NCBI RefSeq assembly: GCF_009914755.1
Contig: NC_060930.1
Direction: 5' to 3' (one strand)
Origin: the human T2T-CHM13v2.0 reference genome, Homo sapiens
Length of the DNA stretch: 64,000 bases
Both the position numbers and the translations under genes were made by a program. Below the pieces are notes generated by a model. It was not told where the DNA came from and did no database searches. It saw nothing but the letters and a program-made list of their open reading frames with translations. Each line of letters starts with the position of its first letter. The stretch's first letter is position 1. Shown here in pieces: positions 63,565 to 64,000 of the stretch.

Positions 63565-64000
63565 TGAGGTAGAAGGTGGGACTTGACTCCGGAGGCAGGG
63601 CTCAGACACCGGGCCAAACTGAGGACTAGCTAAAACAGGTTATAGGGGAAGCAGTTTTCCAGAAAACACACCCATCAGTGTGCCATGTCAGTTTACCATT
63701 GCCATGGCGACACCCAAAAATTATTGCGCCTTTCCATGGCAATGACCCAGTGATCAGGAAGTTACCACCCTCATCCTAGAAATTTCTGCATAAACCACCC
63801 CCTAATTCATGTATAATTAAAAGTGGGTGTAAATATTAGTGCAGCCCTAAATCTGAGCTGCTCCTCTGGACACACTTCCTGGAGAGTGCCCTGTACCGCA
63901 AGGAGCAGTGCCTCTGCTGCTCCTGGATGCTGTGGCTTCAATACAAGTTGCTGTTGAACACCACTGGGTAGCTCTTGAATTCTTTCCTGGGGGAAGCCAA
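63565..64000 (+). mobile_element. ERV1 LTR, MER41-family, truncated by the window end
   Basis: TGAG..AGG..GGACTTGACTCCGGAGG..., TTGCCATGGCRAC, TATAATTAAAAGTGGG and CTTGAATTCTTTCCTGGG match MER41-type LTRs as I recall them. Confidence 0.65.

Overview
Eukaryotic (human, 6q25.3-type) genomic DNA that is Alu/L1/L2/LTR-rich. It holds four spliced protein-coding genes whose exons I reconstructed base by base: the 3' part of ACAT2 (+, last 6 exons), TCP1/CCT-alpha (-, 12 exons, 556 aa), MRPL18 (+, 4 exons, 179 aa in this haplotype) and PNLDC1 (+, 19 exons, 531 aa, piRNA 3' trimmer). ACAT2 and TCP1 converge with overlapping 3' ends. TCP1 and MRPL18 diverge from one CpG-island promoter that has a heat-shock element. 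TCP1 hosts two H/ACA snoRNAs (SNORA20, SNORA29) and a U12-type minor intron. MRPL18 intron 2 holds a complete HERV-K(HML-2) LTR5_Hs-type solo LTR with an intact octamer motif, about 4.6 kb upstream of PNLDC1, and the PNLDC1 promoter carries a tandem E-box cluster. I see no wholly new gene system. The best leads are regulatory (LTR5_Hs next to the piRNA trimmer, a PRC1.6-like promoter signature) and isoform-level (alternative PNLDC1 N-terminus, possible anchor-less PNLDC1, upstream MRPL18 exon and uORF). Nearly all ORFs in the supplied track are Alu-derived or GC-island noise. Gene, repeat-family and reference-allele names come from memory and were not checked against a database.
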